From Bacilli bacterium (GTDB lineage Bacteria; Bacillota_I; Bacilli_A; ML615J-28; CAG-313), in contig JAZKYN010000136.1 of assembly GCA_045612145.1 (NCBI GenBank), positions 1 to 63,871 on the forward strand: a stretch of 63,871 nt of DNA, written 5' to 3'. Shown piece after piece: positions 1 to 11,492 of this stretch. A model generated the notes under the pieces. That model saw nothing but the letters and a program-made list of their open reading frames with translations. It made no database searches and was not told the origin of the DNA. Each line of letters opens with the position of its first letter. Within the stretch, counting starts at the first letter, position 1. A program made the translations under genes and the position numbers.

Positions 1-143
1 AAAATTTATTAAATAACATAATAAGAAATGACATAAAGATTTTATTTGATAGTACTTTTTATAATAATATTGATATTTATAATATTAAATATTTATATCC
101 TAGTTGCAATAACGTTGATTTTATGATTAAACTAAATTTAAAT

Positions 144-191
144 TAAAAAAGAAAATCGTAACGAACAGATTCCATGTTCGTTTTGATTTTC
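144..191 (-). terminator. rho-independent terminator after the M16 peptidase pair
   Basis: Imperfect hairpin GAAAATCGTAACGAAC / GTTCGTTTTGATTTTC directly after the stop at 193-195. It is followed on the minus strand by a T6 run (A145-150 on plus). Confidence 0.6.
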
Positions 192-192
192 T

Positions 193-1485
193 TTATTTAT
201 TATCTGATGGGAAAATGATAAATGTTGATGTATATTTATCATCAAATAAATCTCTTACATTATGTAAATCTTCAATTGATATTTTGTTTAAAATTTCAAT
301 ATAATCAAATATGTTATGTCCATCCATATGTGATTCAACGATTGAGTTTGCCACATATTCTAAAGAATTGAATCTTTTGATTGCTCTTGCAATATAAAGT
401 TTTCGAATTCTATTAAAATCTTGTTCATTAATATCAGATTTCTTTATTAAATTTAAAATTTCTTTATTTTTTTCTATAAAACTATCTGGTGTTTGACTAT
501 CTACACTTAGTAATAAATGGCCATATGTTTCATCATAATATAATGAATATTCAAAACTATTGTTTATATAACCATTATTCATTAAATCTTCATAAATTTC
601 TGTTGATTCACCATAGTATAAATCAATAAGGATTTCAAGAGCAGTAAATCTTTTTAATGATTCAAGAGGATTTAATTTTTTATATGGAAATTTTATACCA
701 ATTGTTGCTTTTGGGATAAAAACGTTCATATCAACATAACTATTTTTTTCATTTACTTGATCATCATCAATATGATATTTTCTAATGATTTCTTTAGGTT
801 CATCAAATGATTTTTTGTTTTGATTATTTTCAATTAAAGTAATCATTTCATCTTTATCAAAATTACCAATTATAGCAAGTGTCATATTTGACGGATGATA
901 AAATGTGTTATAACATGTATATAGTAAATCTTCATTTATTTCTTTAATAGAATCAACTGTACCACCAATTTCATTTCTAATGCTATTTTCTTTGTATAAT
1001 GCTTTTAAAATTCCATAATATTGAATATTTTGTGGTTGATCTAAATACATTAATAGTTCTTGTTCAATGATTCCTTGTTCTTTTTCAATACCTTCTTTTG
1101 TAAAGTGAGGAGTTTGTACAAAGTCTAATAGTAATTCAACAGAACTAGAAACATCTGATGTTGTAGAAAATAGATAAGCTGTTTGGCTATTTGTTGTAAA
1201 TGCGTTAACATCTGCTCCATAACTTGCAAATAAATTAGATGCGTCATTTCCATCTTCTTGTTCAAATAGTTTATGTTCTAAGAAATGAGCAATTCCTTCT
1301 GGTGTTTTTATATATTCAGAACTTCCTCTTGGAATAAATTCTGTATCTCTAGAACCAAATTTTGTTGCGAAAATCGCGTAGGTTTTATAGAAATCAGTCT
1401 TCGGCATTAAAAATACAGTTAAGCCATTATTTAGAACCTTTTTATAATATTTTTCTTGGATTTTCTTGTTTTCAATTATTTTCAT
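193..1485 (-). CDS. M16 (pitrilysin) family zinc peptidase, catalytic-type subunit
   Basis: 430-aa ORF with the inverted zinc motif HxxEH (AHFLEHKLFE). It overlaps the upstream M16-like ORF by 4 nt, as in paired YmfF/YmfH-type peptidases. Confidence 0.8.
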   Translation of the reverse strand: MKIIENKKIQEKYYKKVLNNGLTVFLMPKTDFYKTYAIFATKFGSRDTEFIPRGSSEYIKTPEGIAHFLEHKLFEQEDGNDASNLFASYGADVNAFTTNSQTAYLFSTTSDVSSSVELLLDFVQTPHFTKEGIEKEQGIIEQELLMYLDQPQNIQYYGILKALYKENSIRNEIGGTVDSIKEINEDLLYTCYNTFYHPSNMTLAIIGNFDKDEMITLIENNQNKKSFDEPKEIIRKYHIDDDQVNEKNSYVDMNVFIPKATIGIKFPYKKLNPLESLKRFTALEILIDLYYGESTEIYEDLMNNGYINNSFEYSLYYDETYGHLLLSVDSQTPDSFIEKNKEILNLIKKSDINEQDFNRIRKLYIARAIKRFNSLEYVANSIVESHMDGHNIFDYIEILNKISIEDLHNVRDLFDDKYTSTFIIFPSDNK

Positions 1486-2732
1486 TTCGTTCCCTCCAAG
1501 AAAAAAATAGTATCAAGTTTTAATCTTTTTGCACATTCAATTAGTTCTTCTTTTTTGATATTTGCAATTGTTTCTATTTTTTCTTCAATTGATCTTTCTG
1601 TTTCATCGTTCATATCTTTTAAAATACTACTAAGTCCATATGATGGTTGATCAGCTATTTTATATTGTGCATTGATTAACATTTTCTTTGTTAAGTTAAT
1701 TGTTTCATCATCAATAAAACCATTCTTATAATCATTAAGGATATTTTGAACAATTTCTTTAAATTCATTATATTTATTTGCACTAATTCCAGCAGTAATT
1801 ACGAATGTTCCTTTTTTAGAACTATAATCACTACTTATTGTATAAGCCAAAGAATGTTTTTCCCTTATTTCTTGGAAAAGTGTTGAATGGAAGAATCCCC
1901 CTAGCATATTGTTTAATAAAAACATTGCAGGATATAATTCATCTTTTTCTCTAATTTCAGTTCTGTATCCCATTAAAATTATTGATTGATTATTTTGTTC
2001 ATATTCTATTATTTCATTAACTTTATGAATATCTTTTGTTTCATAGTCAATGAATTTTAGCTCATCAATTTCAACATCATCAAATTTTAATTGATTGAAT
2101 GCTTCAACAATTCTTTCAAATTCAATATTTCCAATAACATAAAAGATTTTCTTTGATTTAAAGATTAATTCGTATTCTTTCTTTATATCTTCTAATGTTA
2201 AGTTTTCTGCTTCCTCTTTCATTGAAGCAATTGAATATCTGCAAGTTTCATTTTCATACATTGATTTAATAAATTTTAATGTTGCATATTGAACTTTATT
2301 ATCATGCACTCTTTCAATATCCTCAATTAATAATTCTTTTTCTAAATTGAATTTTTGTTCTTCAAATAATGGTTTATTAATTGTATCACTTAGCAATTTT
2401 ATAGTTTCATTAAATAGATCAATGTTTTTATCTTCAATATATTCATCATTTATCATTTTAATAACAAATGAAAGGGAATTAACTAGTGCCATTCTATTAA
2501 AACCAACATATAAACTAGTACCATATAATTCTTCTAAATGTTTTGTTAATAGTTGTTCTGATGGATAGTTTTGATTATATTTCATCATCATATTTGATAA
2601 AACAGAAGTTTCAAGCATTCCTTCTTTTTTTAATGGTCTAAAAAAGTATCCACCGATTGTGAAAGTTTTAAATTTGTTATTTGGAATATGATATAATGTA
2701 AATCCATTCATTTCGATTTTGTTTAATTCCAT
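1482..2732 (-). CDS. M16 family peptidase-like protein, probable non-catalytic partner
   Basis: Long ORF of matching size, coupled to the downstream M16 gene, with no HxxEH motif. I moved the start to ATG 2732 (MELNKIEMNG), which is preceded by GGAGGT at 2737-2742. The track ORF extends to 2768. Confidence 0.7.
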   Translation of the reverse strand: MELNKIEMNGFTLYHIPNNKFKTFTIGGYFFRPLKKEGMLETSVLSNMMMKYNQNYPSEQLLTKHLEELYGTSLYVGFNRMALVNSLSFVIKMINDEYIEDKNIDLFNETIKLLSDTINKPLFEEQKFNLEKELLIEDIERVHDNKVQYATLKFIKSMYENETCRYSIASMKEEAENLTLEDIKKEYELIFKSKKIFYVIGNIEFERIVEAFNQLKFDDVEIDELKFIDYETKDIHKVNEIIEYEQNNQSIILMGYRTEIREKDELYPAMFLLNNMLGGFFHSTLFQEIREKHSLAYTISSDYSSKKGTFVITAGISANKYNEFKEIVQNILNDYKNGFIDDETINLTKKMLINAQYKIADQPSYGLSSILKDMNDETERSIEEKIETIANIKKEELIECAKRLKLDTIFFLEGTK

Positions 2733-2789
2733 ATTTACCTCCAAATGGATATTATTTATTATATCCAAATTTATTTATATTAAACAATA

Positions 2790-2841
2790 TAAAACACTTA
2801 AGAACATCTTTTAAAGAAGATATTCTCAAGTGTTATTTTTT
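2790..2841 (-). terminator. long imperfect hairpin downstream of deoD
   Basis: AACACTTAAGAACATCTT ... AAGATATTCTCAAGTGTT inverted repeat just below the deoD stop (2844-2846). It has T-rich flanks on both strands. Confidence 0.45.
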
Positions 2842-2843
2842 TA

Positions 2844-3560
2844 TTATTCAGCAAGATTTAATGCAATTTGCATCATTTGGTTGAATGCTGTTTGACGTTG
2901 TTCTGAGGTAGTAACTTCATGTGTAACAAGTGAATCTGAAATTGTTAATACACATGCAGCTTTTTTACCAAGAACATTAGCGTTATGGAATAAAGCAAAT
3001 GATTCCATTTCTACGCATACACATTCTTTATCTTTATACATGTGTTCAACAATTGAATCACCTTCACGATAGAAAACATCTGATGAGTGTATTCTTGCAT
3101 AGTGAACTGGAATATTTAAATCATTTGCAATTTTAATTAATTGTTGATTTAATTCCTCATTACCAGCAATTACATCTCTTGTTTCTCCACCTTGAGTTTT
3201 AGCGAAAGATGATTCACTGTATGCTTCTTTTGCAACAACTACATCAAATAGTTTTAAATTTGGATCATATGCACCTGCAGAACCAATTCTGATGATTTTT
3301 TCAACTCCATAAAATTTGAATAATTCATATGAATAAATTCCAATACTTGGCATACCCATACCTGAACCCATTACTGATATTCTTTTACCATTAAAAGTTC
3401 CAGTAAATCCATACATTCCTCTTACTCTGTTAAAGCATTCAACATCTTTTAAATAAGTTTTTGCGATGTATTCAGCACGTAGAGGATCTCCAGGCATTAA
3501 AACGATTTTTGCAATCTTACCTTCTTCACATACTTCAATATGAGGTGTTTTTTCGATCAT
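2844..3560 (-). CDS. deoD: purine nucleoside phosphorylase, DeoD type
   Basis: 238 aa. Motifs VLMPGDPLRAEYIAKTYL, ISVMGSGMGMPS and VEMESFALF match hexameric DeoD PNPs. It lies adjacent to deoC. Confidence 0.9.
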   Translation of the reverse strand: MIEKTPHIEVCEEGKIAKIVLMPGDPLRAEYIAKTYLKDVECFNRVRGMYGFTGTFNGKRISVMGSGMGMPSIGIYSYELFKFYGVEKIIRIGSAGAYDPNLKLFDVVVAKEAYSESSFAKTQGGETRDVIAGNEELNQQLIKIANDLNIPVHYARIHSSDVFYREGDSIVEHMYKDKECVCVEMESFALFHNANVLGKKAACVLTISDSLVTHEVTTSEQRQTAFNQMMQIALNLAE

Positions 3561-3569
3561 AGTTTCCTC

Positions 3570-4232
3570 CTAGTAATCGCTGTTGCTAGTTAGGTTTTCC
3601 ATTATTGCTACACCGCTAGATGCACCAATACGAGTTGCCCCGTTTTCAACCATAACTTCTAAATCAGCTAAGTTTCTTACTCCACCGCTTGCTTTAACAC
3701 CCATTTCAGGTCCAACAGTTTCTCTCATTAATTTGATATCTTCAGCTGTAGCACCACCTGTACCAAATCCTGTTGATGTTTTAACAAATGTAGCATTAGC
3801 ACGTTTTGCTGCAAGACAGCAATTAACTTTTTCTTCATCTGTTAAATAGCAAGTTTCAATGATAACTTTAGTTGTTTTTCCAGCACTAGCTGCAACAACC
3901 ATTTTAATTTCATTTTCGATATAAGCAAAATCTCCTTCTTTTGCTTTACCTACGTTGATAACCATATCGATTTCATCAGCACCATTATTAATAGCATCCA
4001 TTGTTTCTAATGCTTTAACTTCTTTTGTATTAGCACCTAGAGGGAATCCAATAACTGTACAAACTAATACGTCTGATCCTTCTAAACATTCCTTTGCAAA
4101 TTTAATATTTGCAGGATTTACGCATACGCTTTTGAAATCATATTTTTTTGCTTCTTCACAAAGTTTTTTAATTTCCTCTTGTGTAGCAAAAGCTTTAAGT
4201 AATGTGTGGTCAATATATTTATTAATTTGCAT
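3570..4232 (-). CDS. deoC: deoxyribose-phosphate aldolase
   Basis: Class I aldolase motifs FVKTSTGF and VKASGGVR, with N-terminus [13 protein letters not shown]. The start is set at ATG 4232, with AGGAGA 6 nt upstream. The track ORF begins at 4253. Confidence 0.9.
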   Translation of the reverse strand: MQINKYIDHTLLKAFATQEEIKKLCEEAKKYDFKSVCVNPANIKFAKECLEGSDVLVCTVIGFPLGANTKEVKALETMDAINNGADEIDMVINVGKAKEGDFAYIENEIKMVVAASAGKTTKVIIETCYLTDEEKVNCCLAAKRANATFVKTSTGFGTGGATAEDIKLMRETVGPEMGVKASGGVRNLADLEVMVENGATRIGASSGVAIMENLTSNSDY

Positions 4233-4242
4233 ATTAATTCTC

Positions 4243-5100
4243 CTATTTTTCAATTAAATCTATTAATTTAATATTTTCATATTTGTATGTTGATAAAAAT
4301 GATTTTCTCATTTTTCTAATATATTTTCTAGCTTTTAAACTAGCATTTTCATTTAAGTATCTAATTTTAATACCAATTGAACTATCCTTAATTTCATACA
4401 TTAGTTTTTCTATATATTTATAAAACACTTGTATAGGTACTAAATTTACAAAATTTTCTTCTTCTTCAATATGAACAAAATCAAGTTGAGGAGGGAATGT
4501 TGTAGGTAAACCTACATGCCAATTTACACTAAAATAAACATTGTCATTACCATCTTTTAATACTATATAAGGATTAGCAACAATATCATCTTTTACTACA
4601 CTTGGAAGTTCTCTTATCATAGATTGATATGTACAGACTTCATTTAATAAGTCTTGATCAACTGAATATTTTTTGATTTGAGGATTATTTTCTAAAAATT
4701 TAGTTCTTTCCTTTTGTAATAATGTAATTAGTTCGAACATATTAAATTCTTTAATATTTTCGATTCTTTCATGATAAATTGCAAATTCAAATATTTTACA
4801 TAATTCATCTATTTGTTTAAGAATTAGTCTTAAAACAAATAGTGGAACATCATCTGGTATTTCACAAAGTAAGAATGTGTTTACGAAATTAGGATTAAGT
4901 CTATATAAACTAGAAACTCGTGAACGTTTTGTGATTAAATATCTATATGATGTTTCAAATTCTGGTAAGTTAAATGTTGCAACAAATTCATCGTCATTTG
5001 ATGTTAAAATTGTATTTTCTAACTTATCAAAATATTCGTCAATTAATTGTCCGAAATCTACTCTTTCTTTACTACGATCTTTGAAAAAATATATAATCAT
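4243..5100 (-). CDS. hypothetical protein (285 aa), no recognisable family
   Basis: Clean ORF packed between ileS and deoC on the same strand. It has no signal peptide, TM segment or motif that I recognise. Confidence 0.5.
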   Translation of the reverse strand: MIIYFFKDRSKERVDFGQLIDEYFDKLENTILTSNDDEFVATFNLPEFETSYRYLITKRSRVSSLYRLNPNFVNTFLLCEIPDDVPLFVLRLILKQIDELCKIFEFAIYHERIENIKEFNMFELITLLQKERTKFLENNPQIKKYSVDQDLLNEVCTYQSMIRELPSVVKDDIVANPYIVLKDGNDNVYFSVNWHVGLPTTFPPQLDFVHIEEEENFVNLVPIQVFYKYIEKLMYEIKDSSIGIKIRYLNENASLKARKYIRKMRKSFLSTYKYENIKLIDLIEK

Positions 5101-5124
5101 TTCACGAGCTCCTTTTTAATAAAT

Positions 5125-7866
5125 TTATTTTTTTAAATTAGCAACTACTTTAGCACATCTTTCACATAATTCATCTGGATTAAGTGTTGGAACAATTTGC
5201 CAACATCTGCTACAAGTTTCACCAGTTGCTGGTTCTACTTTAATTTTTCCAGAAGGATATGCAGTTGCTTCAATATCATTTGATGATACAACAAAATCAT
5301 AAACGATTAAAACTTGTTTTAAATCAACTTTTAATGTAGTTAATAATTTTGCAACTTTATCAGTTGGATATAATGTTACTAATGCATTCATACTCTTACC
5401 GATAACTTTTGCAGTTCTTGCTTCTTCAAGAGCTTTAAGAACATCACTTCTAACTTCCATTAATTCTTCATATTTGTTTAATAATTCTGTAGATTGATGA
5501 TAATGAGTATATTTGTACATATCTACTAAATAGATACTTTCTTCTTTATCACCAGGCATATAACTATATACTTCTTCAGTTGTATGAGGAATAATTGGTG
5601 TTAATACAGTCGTTAAAGCTAGTAAAGTTTCATAGAATACAGTTTGGATACTTCTTCTTGCTAAACTATCAGCTTCTTCAATGTATAAGATATCTTTAGT
5701 AAAATCTAAATAAAATGATGAAAGTTCATTAGTCATGAAATTTAATACAGTTCTAAATACTTCTGCAAATTCATAAGCATTATAAGCTTCATGAGATGCT
5801 TTAACAACTTCATTTAATTTGCAAATCATGAATTGATCAATTTCAGGCATTTTATCAAATTCAACTTTATTTTCTTTTGGATCAAAATCAAATACGTTAC
5901 CAAGTAAGAATCTAAAAGTATTTCTGATTTTTCTATATGATTCACTTACTTGACGAAGTAAGTTGTTATCTACTCTAACGTCAGCTTGATATTCAACACT
6001 TGCAACCCAAAGTCTGAAGATATCAGCACCAAGTTCTGAACAAACTTTATTAGGATCAATTGTATTACCTAATGATTTAGATTGTTTTCTTCCTTCACCA
6101 TCAAGTGTAAATCCATGGCTTAATACAGTTTTATATGGAGCTTTACCAGTTAATGCAACACCAGTTGATAAACTTGAGTTGAACCAACCACGATATTGGT
6201 CAGAACCTTCTAAGTAAACATCTGCTTGCTCAACGCCATATTTTTGTTTTAATGCTGCATGATGACTTGTTCCTGAGTCAAACCACACGTCCATGATATC
6301 TGTTTCTTTTGTGAATTTTCCATTAGGGCTTCCTGGATGAGTATAACCTTCTGGTAATAAATCTTTTGCTTCACGTTCAAACCAAACATTTGATCCATAT
6401 TCTTCAAATAATGAAGCAACATGATTTATTACATCTTGATCAATAATTGGTGTTTCATCTTCAGCATAGAAAATTGGAATTGGAACACCCCATACTCTTT
6501 GACGTGAAATACACCAATCTGCTCTATCTTTGATCATATTTGAAATTCTAACTTCACCCCAAGATGGTACCCAGTGAACATTTTTAATAGCATTTAAGAT
6601 TTCTTCTTTAAAATGTTCAATAGATGCAAACCATTGAGCTGTTGCTCTAAAGATAATTGGTTTTTTAGTACGCCAGTCATGTGGATAACTATGTACAATT
6701 TCAATTTCTTTTAATAATGCATTTTCTTCATTTAATCTATTTAAAATAACCTTATTTGATTCTTCATAGAATAAACCTTCAAATTCACCTGCTTCACTTG
6801 TTAAATAACCACGGCTGTCTACAGGGCATAATACATCAAGTCCATATTTTTTACCAACGATGAAGTCATCTTCCCCATGACCTGGAGCAGTATGAACAAG
6901 ACCAGTACCTGCATCAAGTGTAACGTGATCACCTAAAATAACTGGTGAAATTCTATCATATAATGGATGTTTATATGTAATACCTTCTAAATCTGCACCA
7001 AGAAGTCTTTTTACAACTATAACATCTTTTAAACCAATTGTTTCGCAAACAGTATTGATCAATTCTGTAGCAACAACGAAGAATCTTTCGCCTGACATAA
7101 TAACTGAATATTCAATTTCAGGACCTGCACAAATTGCAAGGTTAGCTGGCATTGTCCAAGGAGTTGTTGTCCATATTACAAGTTCGCATGCATTTGATAA
7201 AATATTTTTTCCATCAACTACTTTAAACGCTACATAAATTGAACTACTTTTTACATCATGATATTCAATTTCAGCTTCTGCTAATGCTGTTTCAGAAGAT
7301 GGAGACCAGTATACTGGTTTTAATCCTTTGAAAATTAAGTTTTTAGCAGCCATTTTACCAAAGCATCTGATTTGTTCAGCTTCATATGAATGATTTAAAG
7401 TGATATATGGTTCATCCCATTCACCTAAAATACCTAAACGTTTAAATCCTGCTTTTTGAATTTCAACTTGTTCTAATGCATATTTTTCGCAAAGATTTCT
7501 GAATGCAGCAACACTCATTTCTTTACGATTAATTTTTTGATTTTTTGAAAGAGCAGTTTCTATTGGAAGACCATGTGTATCCCAACCTGGTAAATATGGT
7601 GAATAAAAACCATTCATACTCTTATATCGAATTAAAAAATCTTTTAAAACTTTATTTAATGCATGACCAACGTGGATACTACCATTTGCATATGGAGGAC
7701 CATCGTGTAAGAAGAATGTATCTCTTCCTTCATTTTTCTTTAATAATTTTTCATAAATTTTTGATTCTTCCCATTTCTTTTCAACTGGAATTTCATTAAC
7801 ACCTAAATTTCCTCTCATAGGGAAATCTGTTTTTGGCATCAATAACGTATCTTTATACTCTTTCAT
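5125..7866 (-). CDS. ileS: isoleucyl-tRNA synthetase
   Basis: 913 aa with the HIGH motif ([15 protein letters not shown]), the KMSKS variant (KQSKSLGN) and a C-terminal zinc knuckle (CSRCW...CERC). Confidence 0.97.
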   Translation of the reverse strand: MKEYKDTLLMPKTDFPMRGNLGVNEIPVEKKWEESKIYEKLLKKNEGRDTFFLHDGPPYANGSIHVGHALNKVLKDFLIRYKSMNGFYSPYLPGWDTHGLPIETALSKNQKINRKEMSVAAFRNLCEKYALEQVEIQKAGFKRLGILGEWDEPYITLNHSYEAEQIRCFGKMAAKNLIFKGLKPVYWSPSSETALAEAEIEYHDVKSSSIYVAFKVVDGKNILSNACELVIWTTTPWTMPANLAICAGPEIEYSVIMSGERFFVVATELINTVCETIGLKDVIVVKRLLGADLEGITYKHPLYDRISPVILGDHVTLDAGTGLVHTAPGHGEDDFIVGKKYGLDVLCPVDSRGYLTSEAGEFEGLFYEESNKVILNRLNEENALLKEIEIVHSYPHDWRTKKPIIFRATAQWFASIEHFKEEILNAIKNVHWVPSWGEVRISNMIKDRADWCISRQRVWGVPIPIFYAEDETPIIDQDVINHVASLFEEYGSNVWFEREAKDLLPEGYTHPGSPNGKFTKETDIMDVWFDSGTSHHAALKQKYGVEQADVYLEGSDQYRGWFNSSLSTGVALTGKAPYKTVLSHGFTLDGEGRKQSKSLGNTIDPNKVCSELGADIFRLWVASVEYQADVRVDNNLLRQVSESYRKIRNTFRFLLGNVFDFDPKENKVEFDKMPEIDQFMICKLNEVVKASHEAYNAYEFAEVFRTVLNFMTNELSSFYLDFTKDILYIEEADSLARRSIQTVFYETLLALTTVLTPIIPHTTEEVYSYMPGDKEESIYLVDMYKYTHYHQSTELLNKYEELMEVRSDVLKALEEARTAKVIGKSMNALVTLYPTDKVAKLLTTLKVDLKQVLIVYDFVVSSNDIEATAYPSGKIKVEPATGETCSRCWQIVPTLNPDELCERCAKVVANLKK

Positions 7867-7874
7867 ATTCTCTC

Positions 7875-8600
7875 CTAATGTTTTACGCCAATTTTTAATA
7901 CAAGGCGATCTTTTTTAGTTGTTTTCACATTTTCTAGTATTGTAATTCTTCCGAATTTACGAATACTTATTATTTCTAATTCATTACACTTATGTGTAAT
8001 GGATTTTATAATTTTATGATTTATTGATACAAGTCCACTTTCTATTAATTCTGTAGCATCATTTCTACTAATATTTAATGCTCTAGAAATAACAGCATCA
8101 AGTCTTAAACTTGCAACATTTATCGTTTTTATTACTTCTTCTTTTTTATGATTTTCTTCTATATTATCTGTTAATTTAAAAACTAAATTTTGATTATTAA
8201 TTAATGGAATATTATTTATTAAATATTTTTCTATCTCACTAGAAACAAATAAATAAATATTATTATCAACAATATAAATATCACCAAATGTATTTCTTTC
8301 AATACCAAGCGTCATTATGCTTCCAAGAACATTTCTATGACCGATATCTTTATAATTTTTGTTAAATGTTGTATGATAAATTTTAATATTAAAATCTTCA
8401 TTTGATGGTTCATCATATTCTTTATACTGGATTATTGCTCTAACGCGTTCAGCATCATTATATCCACCATAAAAATATACTTTAAGACCATCTTTTTCAA
8501 GTGACTTTATTTGATTGATTTCTTCTAAATCAAGAAATTTTGTTAATACAATATTTCCATCAATGGCTTCTTGATAATAGTCTGATAATCTATTTAACAT
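7875..8600 (-). CDS. ylmH: YlmH-like S4-domain RNA-binding protein (division cluster)
   Basis: 241 aa with a C-terminal S4-like segment ([32 protein letters not shown]). It is positioned after sepF, as in the Bacillus ylm cluster. Confidence 0.7.
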   Translation of the reverse strand: MLNRLSDYYQEAIDGNIVLTKFLDLEEINQIKSLEKDGLKVYFYGGYNDAERVRAIIQYKEYDEPSNEDFNIKIYHTTFNKNYKDIGHRNVLGSIMTLGIERNTFGDIYIVDNNIYLFVSSEIEKYLINNIPLINNQNLVFKLTDNIEENHKKEEVIKTINVASLRLDAVISRALNISRNDATELIESGLVSINHKIIKSITHKCNELEIISIRKFGRITILENVKTTKKDRLVLKIGVKH

Positions 8601-8602
8601 GT

Positions 8603-8947
8603 TTATTTTTCATTACCAAAATCTTTTACATATTTTTGTAATGATCCATCCTCAAATGCAACACCTGTTGCAAACAAACGGATTTCATTACCTAAACTAT
8701 ATACAGTACCACCAAGAGCATAAACAACTCCAGATAAAAATGATATTGCGTAATTTACTTCACTTACACTTTTAATTTCTTCAAAGTTTGCAAGTATAGG
8801 TCTATTAGCCATTAAAATATCTGCAAGATCAATTAATTGAGTGTTTAAATCTTCATCTTTTGTTAACGTATAATTTAGAAGGCGATCGAAAGCTGAACCT
8901 ATTTTTCTTATTTCTTTACGTTTACTTCCAAACATATAATACCTCAA
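8603..8947 (-). CDS. sepF: cell division protein SepF-like
   Basis: 114 aa. The C-terminal core (PILANFEEI...AISFLSGVVYALGGTVYSLG) resembles the SepF/YlmF fold. It lies between yggS and ylmH. Confidence 0.6.
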   Translation of the reverse strand: MRYYMFGSKRKEIRKIGSAFDRLLNYTLTKDEDLNTQLIDLADILMANRPILANFEEIKSVSEVNYAISFLSGVVYALGGTVYSLGNEIRLFATGVAFEDGSLQKYVKDFGNEK

Positions 8948-8950
8948 TTC

Positions 8951-9643
8951 TTATTTAGAAAGTAGTGTTCCTATTCTAATCATAGTTGCACCATTTTTAA
9001 TTGCAAGTTTATAATCATTACTCATTCCCATTGAAAGTTCAGTGCATGGAGCATGTGGAAGTTTTAATGATTGAACTTCTTCTTGTAATTCCTTTAATGT
9101 TTTAAAATATCCTTCTAGAATTTCATCATCAAAAGTCATTTCTGCAATTGTCATTAATCCTACTACTTCAATTTTTTCATATTTTGCAAGATTTTTTATA
9201 AATGGAATAACTTTTGCTTCTGTTAAACCTGTTTTATTAGAATTATTAGATAAATTAACTTGAACAAAACATTTTAATTTTCCTGGTTTTTTTCTAGTTT
9301 TATTTATTGCATTTGCAAGATCTATTGAATCTAGTGAATGCAAATAATCAATACTATCAATAAAAGTTGTTGATAATTTCGGAGGAATTTTAATAACTCC
9401 AAAATAATGCCAAATTAAGTTTTTATCCTTTAATTGTTCGTATTTTTCTAGAAACGAATCTTTTCTGTTTTCTCCAACTTCATTAATTCCTGCATCAATT
9501 AACTCGTTCATTTTATCAATGTTAAAATATTTTGTTGCGGCAATAATTCTTACATTCGGATATTCAATTAAGTTTTGTTTTATTTTATCTAGTTGTACTA
9601 CTGCTGACATAATATCACCTTTTCTACTAAATCTATATACCAT
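8951..9643 (-). CDS. yggS: YggS/YlmE family pyridoxal-phosphate homeostasis protein
   Basis: 230 aa with alanine-racemase N-terminal-like motifs (IIAATKY, MGMSNDY, IRIGT). The true start is probably the internal MSAVVQL. Confidence 0.85.
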   Translation of the reverse strand: MVYRFSRKGDIMSAVVQLDKIKQNLIEYPNVRIIAATKYFNIDKMNELIDAGINEVGENRKDSFLEKYEQLKDKNLIWHYFGVIKIPPKLSTTFIDSIDYLHSLDSIDLANAINKTRKKPGKLKCFVQVNLSNNSNKTGLTEAKVIPFIKNLAKYEKIEVVGLMTIAEMTFDDEILEGYFKTLKELQEEVQSLKLPHAPCTELSMGMSNDYKLAIKNGATMIRIGTLLSK

Positions 9644-9686
9644 ACAGGTATTATTTACTAAATTAATTAATTTAAATATACTTTTA

Positions 9687-9695
9687 TGGTATAAT
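9687..9695 (+). promoter_or_regulatory. extended -10 promoter element for tRNA-Arg
   Basis: TGgTATAAT lies 17 nt upstream of the mature tRNA 5' end. I saw no good -35 element. Confidence 0.5.
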
Positions 9696-9712
9696 ATGAA
9701 TAGTTATTATAC

Positions 9713-9787
9713 GTCCTCATAGTTTAACGGATAAAATATAAGATTCCGATTCTTATGATAAAGGTTCAACTCCTTTTGAGGACACCA
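9713..9787 (+). tRNA. tRNA-Arg (anticodon CCG), CCA encoded
   Basis: Hand-folded cloverleaf. Acceptor GTCCTCA/TGAGGAC, D stem GTTT/AAAT, anticodon stem TAAGA/TCTTA with loop TTCCGAT (anticodon CCG), T arm AAAGG-TTCAACT-CCTTT, discriminator A, then CCA. Confidence 0.9.
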
Positions 9788-9789
9788 TT

Positions 9790-9817
9790 AAAAGCATTCT
9801 TTTTGAATGTTTTTTTT
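9790..9817. terminator. hairpin shared by the convergent tRNA-Arg and argS
   Basis: AGCATTC-TTTTT-GAATGTT, followed by a T7 run on the plus strand. It overlaps the argS stop codon (9816-9818). Confidence 0.5.
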
Positions 9818-11492
9818 ACATTTTTTCAGGTGCTGATACACCAATTAAATTTAATGCATTACTTAATACTATTTGTACTGCTTTTAAAATTGTTAATTTC
9901 TCCATTACTAAATTAACATCATCAGTTATTACTTTTTGATCATTATAATAACTATGAAGTTTATAAGCAAGTTCATCAATATAATGAGTAAGTTTATGAA
10001 CAAGTCGTTTTTCTGCAACTTCTTCAATTACACTTTGATATTGTAATAAAGTTAAGCATAATTCATTTACAGTGTTTGGATCAATATTTTTAAAAGATGT
10101 TACAGGAGCAAATTCAATATTTGCTTCTTTTGCATTTTTAAATATACTGCAAATTCTAGCATGTGCATATTGGGCATAGAATACAGGATTATCATTTGAT
10201 TTTTGTTTCATTAAATCAAGGTCTAAATCCATATGAGTACTTAATGATTTAGCAACATAGAAATATCTTAAAGCATCAGTTCCTACTTCTTCCATTAAGT
10301 CTACAAGAGTGATTGCTTTACCACTACGTTTACTCATTTTTACTTCTACACCATTTTCTAAAACTCTTACCATTTGAAGAATTTCAACATCAATTAAGTT
10401 AGAGTTACCACCAACCATTGACACTGCAGCTTTTAATCTATCAATATATCCATGGTGATCAGCTCCAAGTACATCAATTAAGTGGTCATATCCCCTTGAT
10501 AATTTATTAGCATGATATGCTATATCTGGTAAAAGATATGTGTAGCTTCCATCACTTTTGACAATTACTCTATCTTTTTCATCTGTGTAATTTGATGTTT
10601 TAAGCCATAAAGCATCATCTTTTTTATATGTGAATTCTTTTTCATTTAATAAAGATAATACTCCACTTACTGCACCATTTTTATATAAACTCTTTTCTGA
10701 GAACCATGTATCAAATGTAACATTAAATTTATTTAAATCATTTTTTAAATTATTTAATAATTCATTTGTACCAAATTCTTTAAAGAAATCCATATCAAAG
10801 TTATTTAAATATTTATCGCTATAAGCATCTTTTACTTTAGCAGCTACAGTAATAATTTCTTTACCATGATAATAATCATCTTTCATTTCTGCTTGTAAAC
10901 CAAATAATTCCTTATAACGTTCATATACAGATAAAGCCATGTTTGTAATTTGATTACCTGCATCATTTACATAGTGTTCTTTATGAACATTGTATCCAGC
11001 TTTATTCATAATTCTAGCAAGAGAATCACCATAAGCTGCACCACGTCCATGACCTACATGTAAATATCCAGTTGGATTAGCAGAAACAAATTCTAAACAA
11101 ACTTTTGTTCCTTTACCAATATTTGAAGATCCATAATTATCAACTTCTTTATTGATTTTAAGTGCAATATCTAAAACAAAGTTTTTATCAATTGTGAAAT
11201 TAATAAATCCTGGTCCTGCTATTTCAATATTTGATAAATGTAATTCATCTTTGTTAAGACCATTGATAATTTCATTTGCAATATCAAGCGGACGTTTTTT
11301 AGCAACTTTAGCAAGTCTCATAGCTGTGTTTGTTGCGTAATCTCCATGATCTTTGTCTTTAGGCATTTCTAATATGATATCATCACTATTTTTAATAATA
11401 ACACCATCAACATAACCTAAATTATTTATAACACTAAATATGCTATTTTTTAAAAGTTCTTTTAATTTGTTTAACATAAAATCACCATTCAT
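9816..11492 (-). CDS. argS: arginyl-tRNA synthetase
   Basis: 558 aa with a HIGH-type motif (ANPTGYLHVGHGRGA), KMSKRSGK and a C-terminal anticodon-binding region. The likely true start is the internal MLNKLKELL. Confidence 0.95.
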   Translation of the reverse strand: MNGDFMLNKLKELLKNSIFSVINNLGYVDGVIIKNSDDIILEMPKDKDHGDYATNTAMRLAKVAKKRPLDIANEIINGLNKDELHLSNIEIAGPGFINFTIDKNFVLDIALKINKEVDNYGSSNIGKGTKVCLEFVSANPTGYLHVGHGRGAAYGDSLARIMNKAGYNVHKEHYVNDAGNQITNMALSVYERYKELFGLQAEMKDDYYHGKEIITVAAKVKDAYSDKYLNNFDMDFFKEFGTNELLNNLKNDLNKFNVTFDTWFSEKSLYKNGAVSGVLSLLNEKEFTYKKDDALWLKTSNYTDEKDRVIVKSDGSYTYLLPDIAYHANKLSRGYDHLIDVLGADHHGYIDRLKAAVSMVGGNSNLIDVEILQMVRVLENGVEVKMSKRSGKAITLVDLMEEVGTDALRYFYVAKSLSTHMDLDLDLMKQKSNDNPVFYAQYAHARICSIFKNAKEANIEFAPVTSFKNIDPNTVNELCLTLLQYQSVIEEVAEKRLVHKLTHYIDELAYKLHSYYNDQKVITDDVNLVMEKLTILKAVQIVLSNALNLIGVSAPEKM

